The notes below the pieces were generated by a model. The model did no database searches and was not told the DNA's origin. It worked only from the letters and a program-made list of their open reading frames with translations. The position numbers were made by a program, and so were the translations under genes. A stretch of DNA of 64,000 nucleotides from Octopus sinensis (lineage: Eukaryota), in NCBI RefSeq assembly GCF_006345805.1, contig NC_043014.1:15934001-15998000 (forward strand). Direction: 5' to 3'. Of this stretch, positions 42,001 to 56,800 are shown one piece after another (the stretch's first letter is position 1; each line of letters begins with the position of its first letter).

Positions 42001-44364
42001 TTTGCAGATACTGGTCCATCATAACTCTGGTGGTAAGCTAATTTTCTGCAGATACATTTATTTGTACACACCATTATCCATCAGACGATTTTCCTCATGG
42101 GAGATTCCACAAAAGAGTCACCACCAACTTGGAAAAATCTTTCTATCATACAGATGTCATCATCTGCAAAACAAAAAACATCCACAAAGAAAATCTCACC
42201 TCTTTTTTCAGTCTTGCAAATTGGCAATATATGAAGTTTTCTCAGATGTTCAAATCATCACCAGCCATCAAGTTTCATAATAAACATTGTTGTAGTACTT
42301 GGAAATTTTCTTGTGTTACCATCACTTGTCAACTGCCAATTGGACGCACAAGAATAAGCCTGAAATTCAAAGTGTACCCTGCACATCTATCACAAGCTTG
42401 GTAACAGAACTATTCACATTCCCTTACAGCTGTCTTTAAATGTTCCAGTCTCCACCATTTTCTGTTAGATGTTCCATCATAGCTGCCACACAGGCCATTA
42501 GATGTTCCTATCACAGTTGATACAAGTGTCCATTGGATGGCCAAGAAGTTCCTAAGTTGTCACCAGTTTCTTCTTTGACTTAAGATAACAAAAATCCTGA
42601 AAATGAAGCCAAACAAAGCATTTCTTTCTTCTAAAGTCACCAGTCAACATTTGCAGATGTCCACATGCAAGTCCACCATAACTTCAATAATTAGTTGCAT
42701 TCTATCACAATTTCCAATAGATTATATTCCATTTGCAGGCATCAGCTTATATAATACATCCTACCAGACAATTATCTTCAAGATTCCATCATGTAGTTAC
42801 CATCAAATAGTCACAAATATTTCATCCAAAAATTACCACCAGTCCTTTGTCAATTACAGACATCATCTGCAGAAAAAAATACCAGAAGATAAACTCACCT
42901 CTTCTTTCAGTCTAACAATTTGGCAATGATGAACCAGTCTCTTCAACATATATAGCAGTCTTAGAAGTTTACACATCATCAACAACCATCAGGTTTCATA
43001 ATAGACATCACTATGTTGAGGTTCTTTTTCAAGTAGCTCTTATTAGATATTTCAGAGCTGGCACCAGCCTACATAAGATTTTCAACCACACTTGCCAGTC
43101 TTCATTGTATTGCCAATCTCCATCAGATGTTCTAAAGTTGCCATTGATCTCCAGATGTCCAACAAGACTTGCTATCAGTCTCCAAATGTTCAATCAGTCA
43201 ACACTACTCTCCAGATGATCCACCATAGTTACCACTAGTCCCTTGTCCAACTCCTCAAATATGAAAATGTCTGAAAACAAAGCAAAAGAAACCACTTCTT
43301 TCCTCCAAATTTACCAGTCTTGTTGACATTTGTAGATGATCAAGTCAGGGCAGTAATAACTTTGGTAAGAATTAGTTGCATTCCATCACAAGTGCAAACA
43401 GATTCCATTAGATATTCTACTAGTCAGCACTCGCTTCCTCCAATTCATCATGAATCTTCTATCACATAGTTATCACAAGTTGGTTGTCAATTGTAGATGT
43501 GATCCTTATCTGTAACAGAAAATATCTCAAAAGCAAAACTCACCTCCTCTTTCAATCTCACTAATTGGTGATGATGAACCAGTCTCTTCAATACATGAAG
43601 CTGTTTCAACGTCTTAAAGCAGACACCATTAAGGTATGCAGTGATTCTTTTCTAAGCAGCTCTCATTAGGCATTCAGACTTGTCATCAGCTTCCATTAGT
43701 AGTTCTGCCACATTTGTCACCAGTGTCATGCGTTCCATCACAGTGACATCCATTGTCTGTCAGCTCCTCTCCATTTCCACTGCAATTGCCAATATCTGTT
43801 AGACACTCCTTCACAGTTGCCATCAATTTCCAGATGCTCTATCACAGCAGCCATCACTCTTCTTCACAGATACCACCAGCTTCTTGTCTGATTCATTAGA
43901 TATTCATATGCCTGAAAGTGAAGTAAAATGAGCGACCTCTTTCTTCCTAAGTTATTGGTCTTGTCAACATTTGATGTCGTCTTTATTTGCAAACGAAAAT
44001 ACCTCCACTTCTATCATGAGCTTGGCAACATCACTATTTGCAAATTCCATTACAGCTGTCACTAAATGTTCCACAGTTTCTTCCATTTTCTGTTATGCTA
44101 TATCACAGCTACCATAGATTCCAGAAGATGTTCTGTCAGTTACCACAAGTGTCCATTGGATGCTCCACCAGATACCAGTCTACATTAGAAATTATCAGTC
44201 TCCAGACGTTACATCATGGTTGCTACAAGTCTGCATCGGACGATTACATTACAGTTGACACCAGTCACCATCAGATGTTCCATCAGTTGCCACCAGGCAC
44301 CCTCAGACGTTATATCACAGCTGCTACTAGTCTCCAGACATTACATCAAGGTTGTTGCCAGTCT

Positions 44365-44850
44365 CCATCAGATGTTCAATCACAGATGCCACCAGTCACC
44401 ATCAGATGTTCCATCACAGTTGCCAGTCACCCTCAGATGTTCCATCAGAGTTGCCAGTCACCATCAGATGTTCCATCAGAGTTGCCAGTCACCACCGGAT
44501 GTTCCATCAGAGTTGCCAGTCACCACCGGATGTTCCATCACAGTTGCCAGTCACCATCGGATGTTCCATCACAGTTGCCAGTCACCATCGGATGTTCCAT
44601 CACAGTTGCCAGTCACCATCGGATGTTCCATCACAGTTGCCAGTCACCATCGGATGTTCCATCACAGTTGCCAGTCACCATCGGATGTTCCATCACAGTT
44701 GCCAGTCATCATGGATGTTCCATCACAGTTGCCAGTCACCATTAGATGTTCTATCACAGTTGCCAGTCATCATCGGATATTCCATCACAGTTGCCAGTCA
44801 CCATCAGATGTTCCATCACAGTTGCTACCGGTCACCCACAGATGTTCCAT
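44365..44850. repeat. 31-bp tandem array (CRGATGTTCCATCACAGTTGCCAGTCACCAT), ~15 copies
   Basis: Directly visible. Confidence 0.93.
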
Positions 44851-47800
44851 CACATTCTATCAAAATTCTCCTCATGAAGATTCTACCTAAGAGTCAACAC
44901 CAATGTCACAAATCTTCTATCATACTGCTGTCTCCAATTAGTTGTCATCCTTTTCTGCAAAAGAAAACCTCAGAAAAGAAAAACTCACCTCATCATTCAG
45001 CCTCACAAATCAGCAATGACGAGCCATTGTCTCTGCAATATACAAAGTTGCCTCAGACGCTCGAATCATCAGACATCAAGTTTCATTGTAAGCATCATTG
45101 AGGTACATGGAGTTTCTCTTGTGTTACCATCACTTGTCAACTGTCAAATACTGGACAAAAGCGAATAGGCCTGAAATTCAAACAAAATGTACCTCCACTT
45201 CTATCATCAGCTTGGCAACATCACTATTTGCAAATTCCATTACAGCTGTCACTAAATGTTCCACAGCATCTTCCATTGGACGTTCTATGCAGCTACCAAA
45301 GATTCCAGATGTTCCGTCACAGTTATCACAAGTGTACATTGGATGCTACACCAGATACCAGTCTCCAGATGCTACACCATGGTTGCCACCAGTCTCCAGA
45401 TGTTACATCATGGTTGCTGACAGTTTCCATCACACTATTCATTCCATTACAGCTGTCACTAAATCTTCCACAGCATCTTCCATTGGACGTTCTATGCAGC
45501 TACCAAAGATTCCAGATGTTCCGTCACAGTTATCACAAGTGTACATTGGATGCTCCACCAGATACCAGTCTCCAGATGCTACACCATGGTTGCCACCAGT
45601 CTCCAGATGTTACATCATGGTTGCTGACAGTTTCCATCACACTATTCTATTGCAGTTGCCACCAGTCTATCAAATGTTCCATCACAGATGCCACCAGTCA
45701 CCATCAGATGTTCCATCACAGATGCCACCAGTCATCCTCAGATGTTCCAAAGTTGCCACCAGTCACCATCAGATGTTCCATTACATTCTATCAAAATTCT
45801 CTTCATGAAGATTCTACCTAAGAGTCACCACCGATATCACAAATCTTCTATCAAACTGCTGTCTCTAATTAGTTGTCAATTACAGATGTTATCCTTTTCT
45901 GCAAAAAACCTCAGAAAAGAAAAACTCACCTCATTCAGCCTCACAAATCAACAATGATGAACCATAGTCTCGACAATACACAAAGTTGCTTCAGACACTC
46001 AAATCATCATCCACCATCAAATTTCACTGTAAACATCGTTGAGGTACCAGGAGTTTCTGTTTCTTCCATTTTCCGTTAGACATTCTATCACAGCTACCAA
46101 AGATTCCAGTAGATGTTCCATCACAGTTGCATGCTCCACCAGATACCAGTCCCCATTAGAAGTTATGAAGTTGTCACAAGTTTCTTGTTTGATGTATCAG
46201 ATATACCAAAAAGCCTGAAAATAAAGCAAACAAAACACTTCTTTCCTCCAAAGTCGCCGATCAACATTTGCTAATGTCCAAACACATGTGCACAGTAACT
46301 ACGATAATAATTAGTTGAATTCTATCAAATATTTCGTCCAAAAGTTGCAACGAGTTGGTTATCGACTACAGATGTCATCCACATCTAGAGAAAAAAATAC
46401 TCAAAGAAAAGCTCACCTCTTCTTTCAATCTCACTAATTGGTGATGATGAGCCAGTCTCTTCGATACATGAAGCTGTTTCATTATGTCTTAAAGCAGACA
46501 CCACTAAGCTATGCAATGATTCTTTTCTAAGCAGCGCTTATTAGGAATTCAGACCTGTCACCATTTCCATTAGTAGTTCTGCCACATTTGTCACCAGTGT
46601 GTCATATGTTCCATCACAGTCGCATCCAGTCAGACAGTAATCATTTCCATTAATTGTTCCACTACAATTGCCAATATCTATTAGAAGCTCCTCCACAGAT
46701 GCCATTGGTAATGTGATGTTCCATCAGTTGCCATCAATTTGCAGATGCTCCATCACTCTTCTTCACAGATACCACCAGCTTCTTGTCTGATTCATTAGGT
46801 ATTGAAAAGCCTGAAAATGAAGTAAAATGACCGACCTCTCTCTTTCCAAGTTATTGGTCCTGTCAACACTTGATGTCATCCTCATTTGCAAACGAAAATA
46901 CTTGAAAAAAGAAAGTGATCAGTTTCCAGATGTTACATCACGGTTGGTACCCATCTCTAGACATTACATCATGGTTGCCACCAGTCTCCATAAGATTCTA
47001 TTACAATTGCCACCAGTGTCCATCAGATGATTCTATTACAGTTGCCACCAGTCACTATCACATGTTCATCTGTTGCTACCAGTCACCATCAGCTGCTCCA
47101 GCTTTTGCTACCAGTCACCATCAGCTGCTCCAGCTTTTGCTACCAGTCACCATCAGATGCTCCACCTGTTGCTACTAGTCACCATCAGATGCTCCATCTG
47201 TTGCTACCAGTCACCATCAGTTGCTCCATCTGTTGCTACCGCTCACCATCAGATGCTCCATCAGTTGCTACCAGTATTATCTCGAACTCCATGAAAATTG
47301 CTAACAGCCTTTTCTACCAATTTCCAGTAAACAAATGTTCTATTAGTAGGCACCATCTTCTACTGTATTATCCTTCAGACTATTTTCTTCATGAAGATTC
47401 AACCAAAGAGTCATCACCAATGTCACAAATCTTTTATCATAGAGCTGTCTCCAGTTAGTTGTCAATTATAGATGTCATCATTTTCTGCAAAAGAAAACCT
47501 CAGAGAAGAAAAACTCACCTCATCATTCAGCTTCACAAATCAGCATAGTCACTGCAATATACAAAAGTTGCCTCAGACACTCAAATCATCATCAGTCGTC
47601 AAGTTTCTTTGCAAGCATCATTGAGGTACTTGGAGTTTCTCTTGTGTTACCACCAGTCACCAACCGTCAAATACTGAACAAATGAGAATAGGCCTGAAAT
47701 TCAAGCAAAATCTACCTCCACTTCTATCATGAGCTTGGGATCATCACTATTTGCATGTTCCATAACAGCTGTCACTAGATGTTCAACAGCTTCTACCATT

Positions 47801-50800
47801 TTCTTTTAGATGGTCTATCGCAGCTACCAAAGATTCCAGTAGATGTTCTGTCAGTTGTTACAAGTGTCCATTAGATGCTCCACTAGATACCAGTCTCCAT
47901 TAGAAGTTATGAAGTCGTCGCAAGTCTCTTGTTTGATGTATTAGATACCAAAAAGCCTAGGAATAAAGCAAAACAAACCACTTCTTTCCTCAAAAGTTGC
48001 CAGTCAACATTTGCAGATGTCCAAACACATGTTCACAGTAGCTACCATAATAATCATCAGTTGAATTCCATCGCAAATATTCCATCCAAAAGTTGTCACC
48101 AGTTGGCTGTCAATTGCAGATGTCATCCACATCTGCAGAGAAAAAAGATACTCAAAGAAAAACTCACCCCTCTTTCAGCCTCATGATTCAACAATGATGA
48201 GCCACATTCTCTTCAACATATAAAGCTATCTCAAAGTTCACAAATCATCATGCTTCACAATGTCCTATCAAAGTTGCCAGTCTCCATCTGATGTGCTAAA
48301 GTTGCCATCCATCTCCAAATGTTCAAGACTTGCCATCAGTCTCCAAATGTTCAATCAGTCAACACTACTCTCCAAATGATCCACCATAGTTGACACTTCT
48401 TCCTTGTCCAACTTATTAATCATCATGAATCTTCTATCACATAGTTATAACAAGTTGGCTGTCAACTGCAGATGTGATCCTTATCTGCAACAGAAAATAT
48501 CTCGAAAGCAAATCTCACCTCTTCTTTCAATCTAATTGGTGATGAGCAAGTCTCTTCGATACATGAAGCTGTTGCAGAAGTCCAGATCCTTATGTCTCAC
48601 GGTAGTCACCTCTAAGCTATGCAGTTATTCTTTTATAAGCAGCTCTAATTAGGTATGCAAACCAGTCACCAGAATCCATTAGTTGCTCTGCCAGTTGATA
48701 CCAGTCTGTCATATGCTCCATCTCTGTTGTATCCAGTGTCCATCAGATGGTTTGTCACCATTTCCATTAATTGTTCCACTACAACTTCCGATATCCATTA
48801 GACACTCCTCCACAGATGCCATTGGTAATCTGATGTTCCATCACAGTTGCCATCAATTTGCAGATGCTCCATCACTCTTCTTCACAGATATCACCAGCTT
48901 CTTGCCAATTCATTAGGTATTGAAAAGCCTGAAAATGAAGTAAAATGAGCGACCACTTTCCTCTAATTTATTGGTTCTGTCAACATTTGATGTCATCCTC
49001 ATTTGCAAACGAAAATACTTGAAAAAAGAAAGTGATCAGTTTCCAGATGTTACATCACGGTTGGTACCCATCTCTAGACATTACATCATGGTGGCCACCA
49101 GTCTCCATAAGATTCTATTACAATTGCCACCAGTGCCCATCAGATGATTCTATTAGTTGCCACCAGTCACTATCATATGCTCCATCAGTTGCTACCAGTC
49201 ACCATCAGATGCTCCATCAGTTGCTACCAGTCACCATCAGCTGCTACATCTGTTGCTACCAGTCACCATCAGATGCTCCATCTGTTGCTACCAGTCACCA
49301 TCAGATGTTCCATCACAGTTGCTCCCCATCTCCATCAATTGTTCAAAAGATGCATCCAGTTTGTCTCACCAATTACGTAAACAAAATAGCATGAACACGA
49401 AAGTAAGCAAACCACTTCTTGCCACCAAACTCATCAGTTCTGGTTGTAATCCGGACTTGCATTCCATCAAAATTGCTAACAGCCTTCTCTACCAATTTCC
49501 AGTTAATAAATATTCTATTAGCATGTACCATCTTCTATTGTATTATCCATCAGACTATTTTCGTCATGAAGATTCCATCGGAGTCACCACCAATGTCACA
49601 AATCTTCCATCATACAGCTGTCTCCAGTTAGTTGTCAATTACAGTTGTTATCCTTTTCTGCAAAAGAAAACCTCAGAAAAGAAAAACTCACCTCATTCAG
49701 CCTCACAAATCAGCAATGATGAGCCATAGTTTCGACAATACACAAAGTTGCTTCAGACACTCAAATCATCATCCACCATCAAATTTCACTGTAAGCATCG
49801 GTGAGGTACTTGGGAGTTTCTCTTGTGTTACCATCACTCATCAACCGTCAAATACTGGACAAATGAAAATAGGCCTGAAATTCAAGCAAAATGTACCTCC
49901 ACTTCTATCATGAGCTTGGCAATATCACCGTTTGCACAATCCATTACAGCTGTCACTAATGTTCCACGATTTTCTGTTAGACATTCTATCGCAGCTTCCA
50001 AAGATTCCAGTAGATGTTCCGTCAGTTGCCAAAAGTTTCCATTAGATGCTCCACCAGATACCAGTTTTCACCTAGAAGTTATGAAGTCGTCGCAAGTCTC
50101 TTGTTTGATGTATTAGATACCAAAAAGCCTAGGAATGAAGCAAAACAAACCACTTCTTTCCTCCAAAGTTGCCAGTCAACATTTGCAGATGTTCAAACGC
50201 ATGTTCACAGTAGCTACCATAATAATCATCAGTTGAATTCCATCGCAAATATTCCATCCAAAGTTGTCACCAGTTGGCTGTCAATTGCAGATGTCATCCA
50301 CATCTACAGAGAAAAAAAATACACAAAGAAAAACTCACCCCTTCTTTCAGCCTCACGATTCAACAATGATGAGCCACATTCTCTTCAACATATAAAGCTA
50401 TCTCAAAGTTCACAAATCATCATGCTTCACAATGTCCTATCAAAGTTACCAGTCTCCATCAGATGTGCTAAAGTTGCGATCCATCTCCAAATGTTCAAGA
50501 CTTGCCATCAGTCTCCAAATGTTCAGTCAACACTACTCTCCAGATGATCCACCATAGTTGCCATTTCTTCCTTGTCCAACTTATTAAAGATGAAAATGTC
50601 TGAAAACAAAAGAAAAGAAACCACTTCTTTCTTCCTAATGTACCAGTCTTGTTGACATTTGTAGATGATCAAGTCAGGGCAGTAATAACTTTGGTAAGAA
50701 TTAGTTGCATTCCATCACAAGGGCAAGCAGATTTCATTAGATATTCTACTGGTCCACACTAGCTTCCTCCAATTCATCATGTATCTTCTATCACATAGTT

Positions 50801-53800
50801 ATCACAAGTTGGTTGTCAATTGTAGATGTGATCCTTATCTGCAACAGAAAATATCTCAAAAGCAAAACTCACCTCTTTTTTCAATCTAAGTAATTGGTGA
50901 TGAGGCAGTCTCTTCGATACATGAAGCTGTTCCAGAAGTCCAGATCATTTTGCCTCATGGTAGTCACCTCTAAGCTATGCAGTGATTCCTTTCTAAGCAG
51001 TTCTAGGCATTCAGACCTGTCACCAGAATCCATTAGTTGCTCTGCCAGCCGATACCAGTCTGTCATATGCTCCATCTCTGTTGCATCCAGTGTCCATCAG
51101 ATGGTTTGTCACCATTTCCATTACTTGTTCCACTACAACTTCCGATATCTATTAGACGCTCCACCACAAATCCCATTGGTAATCTTATGTTCCATCAATT
51201 TGCATATGCTCGATCACAGCAGCCATCACTCTTCTTCACAGATACCACCAGCTTCTTGTCTGATTCATTAGGTATTGAAAAGCCTGAAAATGAAGTAAAA
51301 TGAGCTACCTCTTTCCTCCTAAGTTATTGGTCCTTTCAAAATTTGATGTCATCTTGATTTGCAAACGAAAATACTTGAAAAGAGAAAGTTCAGTCTCCAG
51401 ATATTACATCACGGTTGGTACCCATCTCTAGACATTACATCATGGTTGCCACCAGTCTCCATAAGGTTCTATTACAATTGCCACCAGTGCCCATCAGATG
51501 ATTCTATTACAGTTGCCACCAGTCACTATCATATGCTCCATCAGTTGCTACCAGTCACCATTGGATGCTCCATCTGTTGCTACCAGTCACCATGAGATGC
51601 TCCATCTGTTGCTACCAGTCACCATGAGATGCTCCATCTGTTGCTACCAGTCACCATCAGATGCTCCATCTGTTGCTACCAGTCACCATCAGATGCTCCA
51701 TCTGTTGCTACCAGTCACCATCAGATGCTCCATCTGTTGCTACCAGTCACCATCAGATGTTCCATCACAGTTGCTCCCTATCTCCATCAAATGTTCAAAA
51801 GATGCATCCAGTTTGTCTCACCAATTACGTAAACAAAATAGCATGAACATGAAAGTAAGCGAACCACTTCTTGCCACCAAACTCATCAGTTCTGGTTGTA
51901 ATCTGGACTTGCATTCCATCAAAATTACTAACAGCCTTTTCTACCAATTTCCAGTAAATAAATATTCTATTAGCCGGTACCATCTTCTACTGTATTATCC
52001 ATCAGACTATTTTCTTCATGAAGATTCCATCTGAGTCACCACCAATGTCACAAATCTTCCATCATACAGCTGTCTCCAGTTAGTTGTCAATTACAGAAGT
52101 CATCCTTTTCTGCAAAAAAAAACCTCAGAAAAGAAAAACTCACCTCATCATTCAGCCTCACAAATCAGCAATGATGAACCATAGTCTCTGCAATATACAA
52201 AGTTGCCTCAGACGCTCGAATCATCGGCCATCAAGTTTCATTGTAAGCATCATTGAGGCACATGGAGTTTCTCTTGTGTTACCATCACTCGTCAACTGTC
52301 AAATACTGGACAAAGGCGAATAGGCCTGAAATTCAAACAAAATATACCTCCACTTCTACCATTAGCTTGGCAACATCACTATTTGTAAATTCCATTACAG
52401 CTGTCACTAAATGTTCCATAGCTTCTTCCATTTTCCGTTAGACGTTCTATCGCAGCTACCAAAGATTCCAGAAGAATGTTCCGTCACAGTGACCACAAGT
52501 GTACATTGGATGCTCCACCAGATACCAGTCTCCAGATGCTACATCATGGTTGCCACCAGTCTCCAGACATTACATCATGGTTGCTGACAGTTTCCATCAG
52601 ACTATTCTATTGCAGTTGCCACCAGTCTATCAAATGTTCCATCACAGAAGCCACCAGTCACCATCAGATGTTCTATCACAGATGCCACCAGTCACCATCA
52701 GATGTTCCATCACAGATGCCACCAGTCATCCTCAGATGTTCCAAAGTTGCCACCAGTCACCATCAGATGTTCCATTACATTCTATCAAAATTCTCTTCAT
52801 GAAGATTCAACCTAAGAGTCACCACCGATATCACAAATCTTCTATCAAACTGCTGTCTCCAATTAGTTGTCAATTACAGATGTTATCCTTTTCTGCAAAA
52901 AACCTCAGAAAAGAAAAACTCACCTCATTCAGCCTCACAAATCAACAATGATGAGCCATAGTCTCGACAATACACAAAGTTGCTTCAGACACTCAAATCA
53001 TCATCCACCATCAAATTTCACTGTAAACATCGTTGAGGTACCAGGAGTTTCTGTTTCTTCCATTTTCCGTTAGACATTCTATCACAGCTACCAAAGATTC
53101 CAGTAGATGTTCCGTCACAGTTGCATGCTCCACCAGATACTAGTCCCCATTAGAAGTTATGAAGTTGTCACAAGTTTCTTGTTTGATGTATCAGATATAC
53201 CAAAAAGCCTGAAAATAAAGCAAACAAAACACTTCTTTCCTCCAAAGTCGCCGATCAACATTTGCTAATGTCCAAACACATGTGCACAGTAACTACGATA
53301 ATAATTAGTTGAATTCTATCAAATATTTCGTCCAAAAGTTGCAACGAGTTGGTTATTAACTACAGATGTCATCCACATCTAGAGAAAAAAATACTCAAAG
53401 AAAAGCTCACCTCTTCTTTCAATCTCACTAATTGGTGATGATGAGCCAGTCTCTTCGATACATGAAGCTGTTTCATTATGTCTTAAAGCAGACACCACTA
53501 AGCTATGCAATGATTCTTTTCTAAGCAGCGCTTATTAGGAATTCAGACCTGTCACCATTTCCATTAGTAGTTCTGCCACATTTGTCACCAGTGTGTCATA
53601 TGTTCCATCACAGTCGCATCCAGTCAGACAGTAATCATTTCCATTAATTGTTCCACTACAATTGCCAATATCTATTAGAAGCTCCTCCACAGATGCCATT
53701 GGTAATGTGATGTTCCATCAGTTGCCATCAATTTGCAGATGCTCCATCACTCTTCTTCACAGATACCACCAGCTTCTTGTCTGATTCATTAGGTATTGAA

Positions 53801-56800
53801 AAGCCTGAAAATGAAGTAAAATGACCGACCTCTCTCTTTCCAAGTTATTGGTCCTGTCAACACTTGATGTCATCCTCATTTGCAAACGAAAATACTTGAA
53901 AAAAGAAAGTGATCAGTTTCCAGATGTTACATCACGGTTGGTACCCATCTCTAGACATTACATCATGGTTGCCACCAGTCTCCATAAGATTCTATTACAA
54001 TTGCCACCAGTGTCCATCAGATGATTCTATTACAGTTGCCACCAGTCACTATCACATGTTCATCTGTTGCTACCAGTCACCATCAGCTGCTCCAGCTTTT
54101 GCTACCAGTCACCATCAGATGCTCCACCTGTTGCTACTAGTCACCATCAGATGCTCCATCTGTTGCTACCAGTCACCATCGGTTGCTCCATCTGTTGCTA
54201 CCAGTCACCATCAGTTGCTCCATCTGTTGCTACCGCTCACCATCAGATGCTCCATCAGTTGCTACCAGTATTATCTCGAACTCCATGAAAATTGCTAACA
54301 GCCTTTTCTACCAATTTCCAGTAAACAAATGTTCTATTAGTAGGCACCATCTTCTACTGTATTATCCTTCAGACTATTTTCTTCATGAAGATTCAACCAA
54401 AGAGTCATCACCAATGTCACAAATCTTTTATCATAGAGCTGTCTCCAGTTAGTTGTCAATTATAGATGTCATCATTTTCTGCAAAAGAAAACCTCAGAGA
54501 AGAAAAACTCACCTCATCATTCAGCTTCACAAATCAGCATAGTCACTGCAATATACAAAGTTGCCTCAGACACTCAAATCATCATCAGTCGTCAAGTTTC
54601 TTTGCAAGCATCATTGAGGTACTTGGAGTTTCTCTTGTGTTACCACCAGTCACCAACCGTCAAATACTGGACAAATGAGAATAGGCCTGAAATTCAAGCA
54701 AAATCTACCTCCACTTCTATCATGAGCTTGGGATCATCACTATTTGCATGTTCCATAACAGCTGTCACTAGATGTTCAACAGCTTCTACCATTTTCTTTT
54801 AGATGGTCTATCGCAGCTACCAAAGAACCCAGTAGATGTTCTGTCAGTTGTTACAAGTGTCCATTAGATGCTCCACCAGATACCAGTCTCCATTAGAAGT
54901 TATGAAGTCGTCGCAAATCTCTTGTTTGATGTATTAAATACCAAAAAGGCTAGATATAAAGCAAAACAAACCACTTCTTTCCTCAAAAGTTGCCCAACAT
55001 TTGCAGATGTCCAAACGCATGTTCACAGTAGCTACCATAATAATCATCAGTTGAATTCCATCGCAAATATTCCATCCAAGGTTGTCACCAGTTGGCTGTC
55101 AATTGCAGATGTCATCCACATCTACAGAGAAAAAAAATACACAAAGAAAAACTCACCCCTTCTTTCAGCCTCACGATTCAACAATGATGAGCCACATTCT
55201 CTTCAACATATAAAGCTGTCTCGAAGTTCACAAATCATCATGCTTCACATTGTCCTATCAAAGTTGCCAGTCTCCATCAGATGTGCTAAAGTTGCAATCC
55301 ATCTCCAAATGTTCAAGACTTGCCATCAGTCTCCAAATGTTCAGTCAACAACTCTCCAGATGATCCACCATAGTTGCCATTTCTTCCTTGTCCAACTTAT
55401 TAAAGATGAAAATGTCTGAAAACAAAGCAAAAGAAACCACTTCTTTCCTCCAAATTTACCAGTCTTGTTGACATTTGTAGATGATCAAGTCAGGGCAGTA
55501 ATAACTTTGGTAAGAATTAGTTGCATTCCATCACAAGTGCAAACAGATTCCATTAGATATTCTACTGGTCCACACTAGCTTCCTCCAATTCATCATGAAT
55601 CTTCTATCACATAGTTATCACAAGTTGGTTGTCAATTGTAGATGTGATCCTTATCTGCAACAGAAAATATATCAAAAGCAAATCTCACTCTCTTCTTTCA
55701 ACCTAATTGGTGATGAGCAAGTCTCTTCGATACATGAAGCTGTTCCAGAAGTCCAGATCTTATGTCTCACAGTAGTCACCTCTAAGCTATGCAGTTATTC
55801 TTTTCTAAGCAGCTCTAATTAGGTATGCAAACCTGTCACCAGAATCCATTAGTTGCTCTGCCAGTTGATACCAGTCTGTCATATGCTCCATCTCTGTTGC
55901 ATCCAGTGTCCATCAGATGGTTTGTCACCATTTCCATTACTTGTTCCACTACAACTTCCGATATCTATTAGACGCTCCACCACAAATCCCATTGGTAATC
56001 TTATGTTCCATCAATTTGCATATGCTCGATCACAGCAGCCATCACTCTTCTTCACAGATACCACCAGCTTCTTGTCTGATTCATTAGGTATTGAAAAGCC
56101 TGAAAATGAAGTAAAATGAGCTACCTCTTTCCTCCTAAGTTATTGGTCCTTTCAAAATTTGATGTCATCTTGATTTGCAAACGAAAATACTTGAAAAAAG
56201 AAATTGATCAGTTTCCAGATGTTACATCACTCACGGTTGGTACCCATCTCTAGACATTACATCATGGTTGCCACCAGCCTCCATACAATTGCCACCAGTG
56301 CCCATCAGATGATTCTATTAGTTGCCACCAGTCACTATCATATGCTCCATCAGTTGCTACCAGTCACCATCAGCTGCTCCATCTGTTGCTACCAGTCACC
56401 ATCAGATGCTCCATCTGTTGCTACCAGTCACCATCAGATGTTCCATCACAGTTGCTCCCCATCTCCATCAAATGTTCAAAAGATGCATCCAGTTGTCTCA
56501 ACAATTACTAAACAAAATAGCATGAACATGAAAGTAAGCGAACCACTTCTTGCCACCAAACTCATCAGCTCTGGTTGTAATCTGGACTTGCATTCCATCA
56601 AAATTGCTAACAGCCTTTTCTACCAATTTCCAGTTAATAAATATTCTATTAGCATGTACCATCTTCTATTGTATTATCCATCAGACTATTTTCTTCATGA
56701 AGATTCCATCGGAGTCACCACCAATGTCACAAATCTTCCATCACACAGCTGTCTCCAGTTAGTTGTCAATTACAGATGTTATCCTTTTCTGCAAAAGAAA

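Noticed and set aside
14420-44850. Minus-strand protein with TGA recoded as Sec or Trp
   Set aside because: TGA is frequent, but the non-triplet period cycles the frame, there is no recognisable domain or SECIS, and linkers contain TAA/TAG. Removing the micro-intron-like cassettes did not restore a frame in the module I tried (45.0-45.2 kb).
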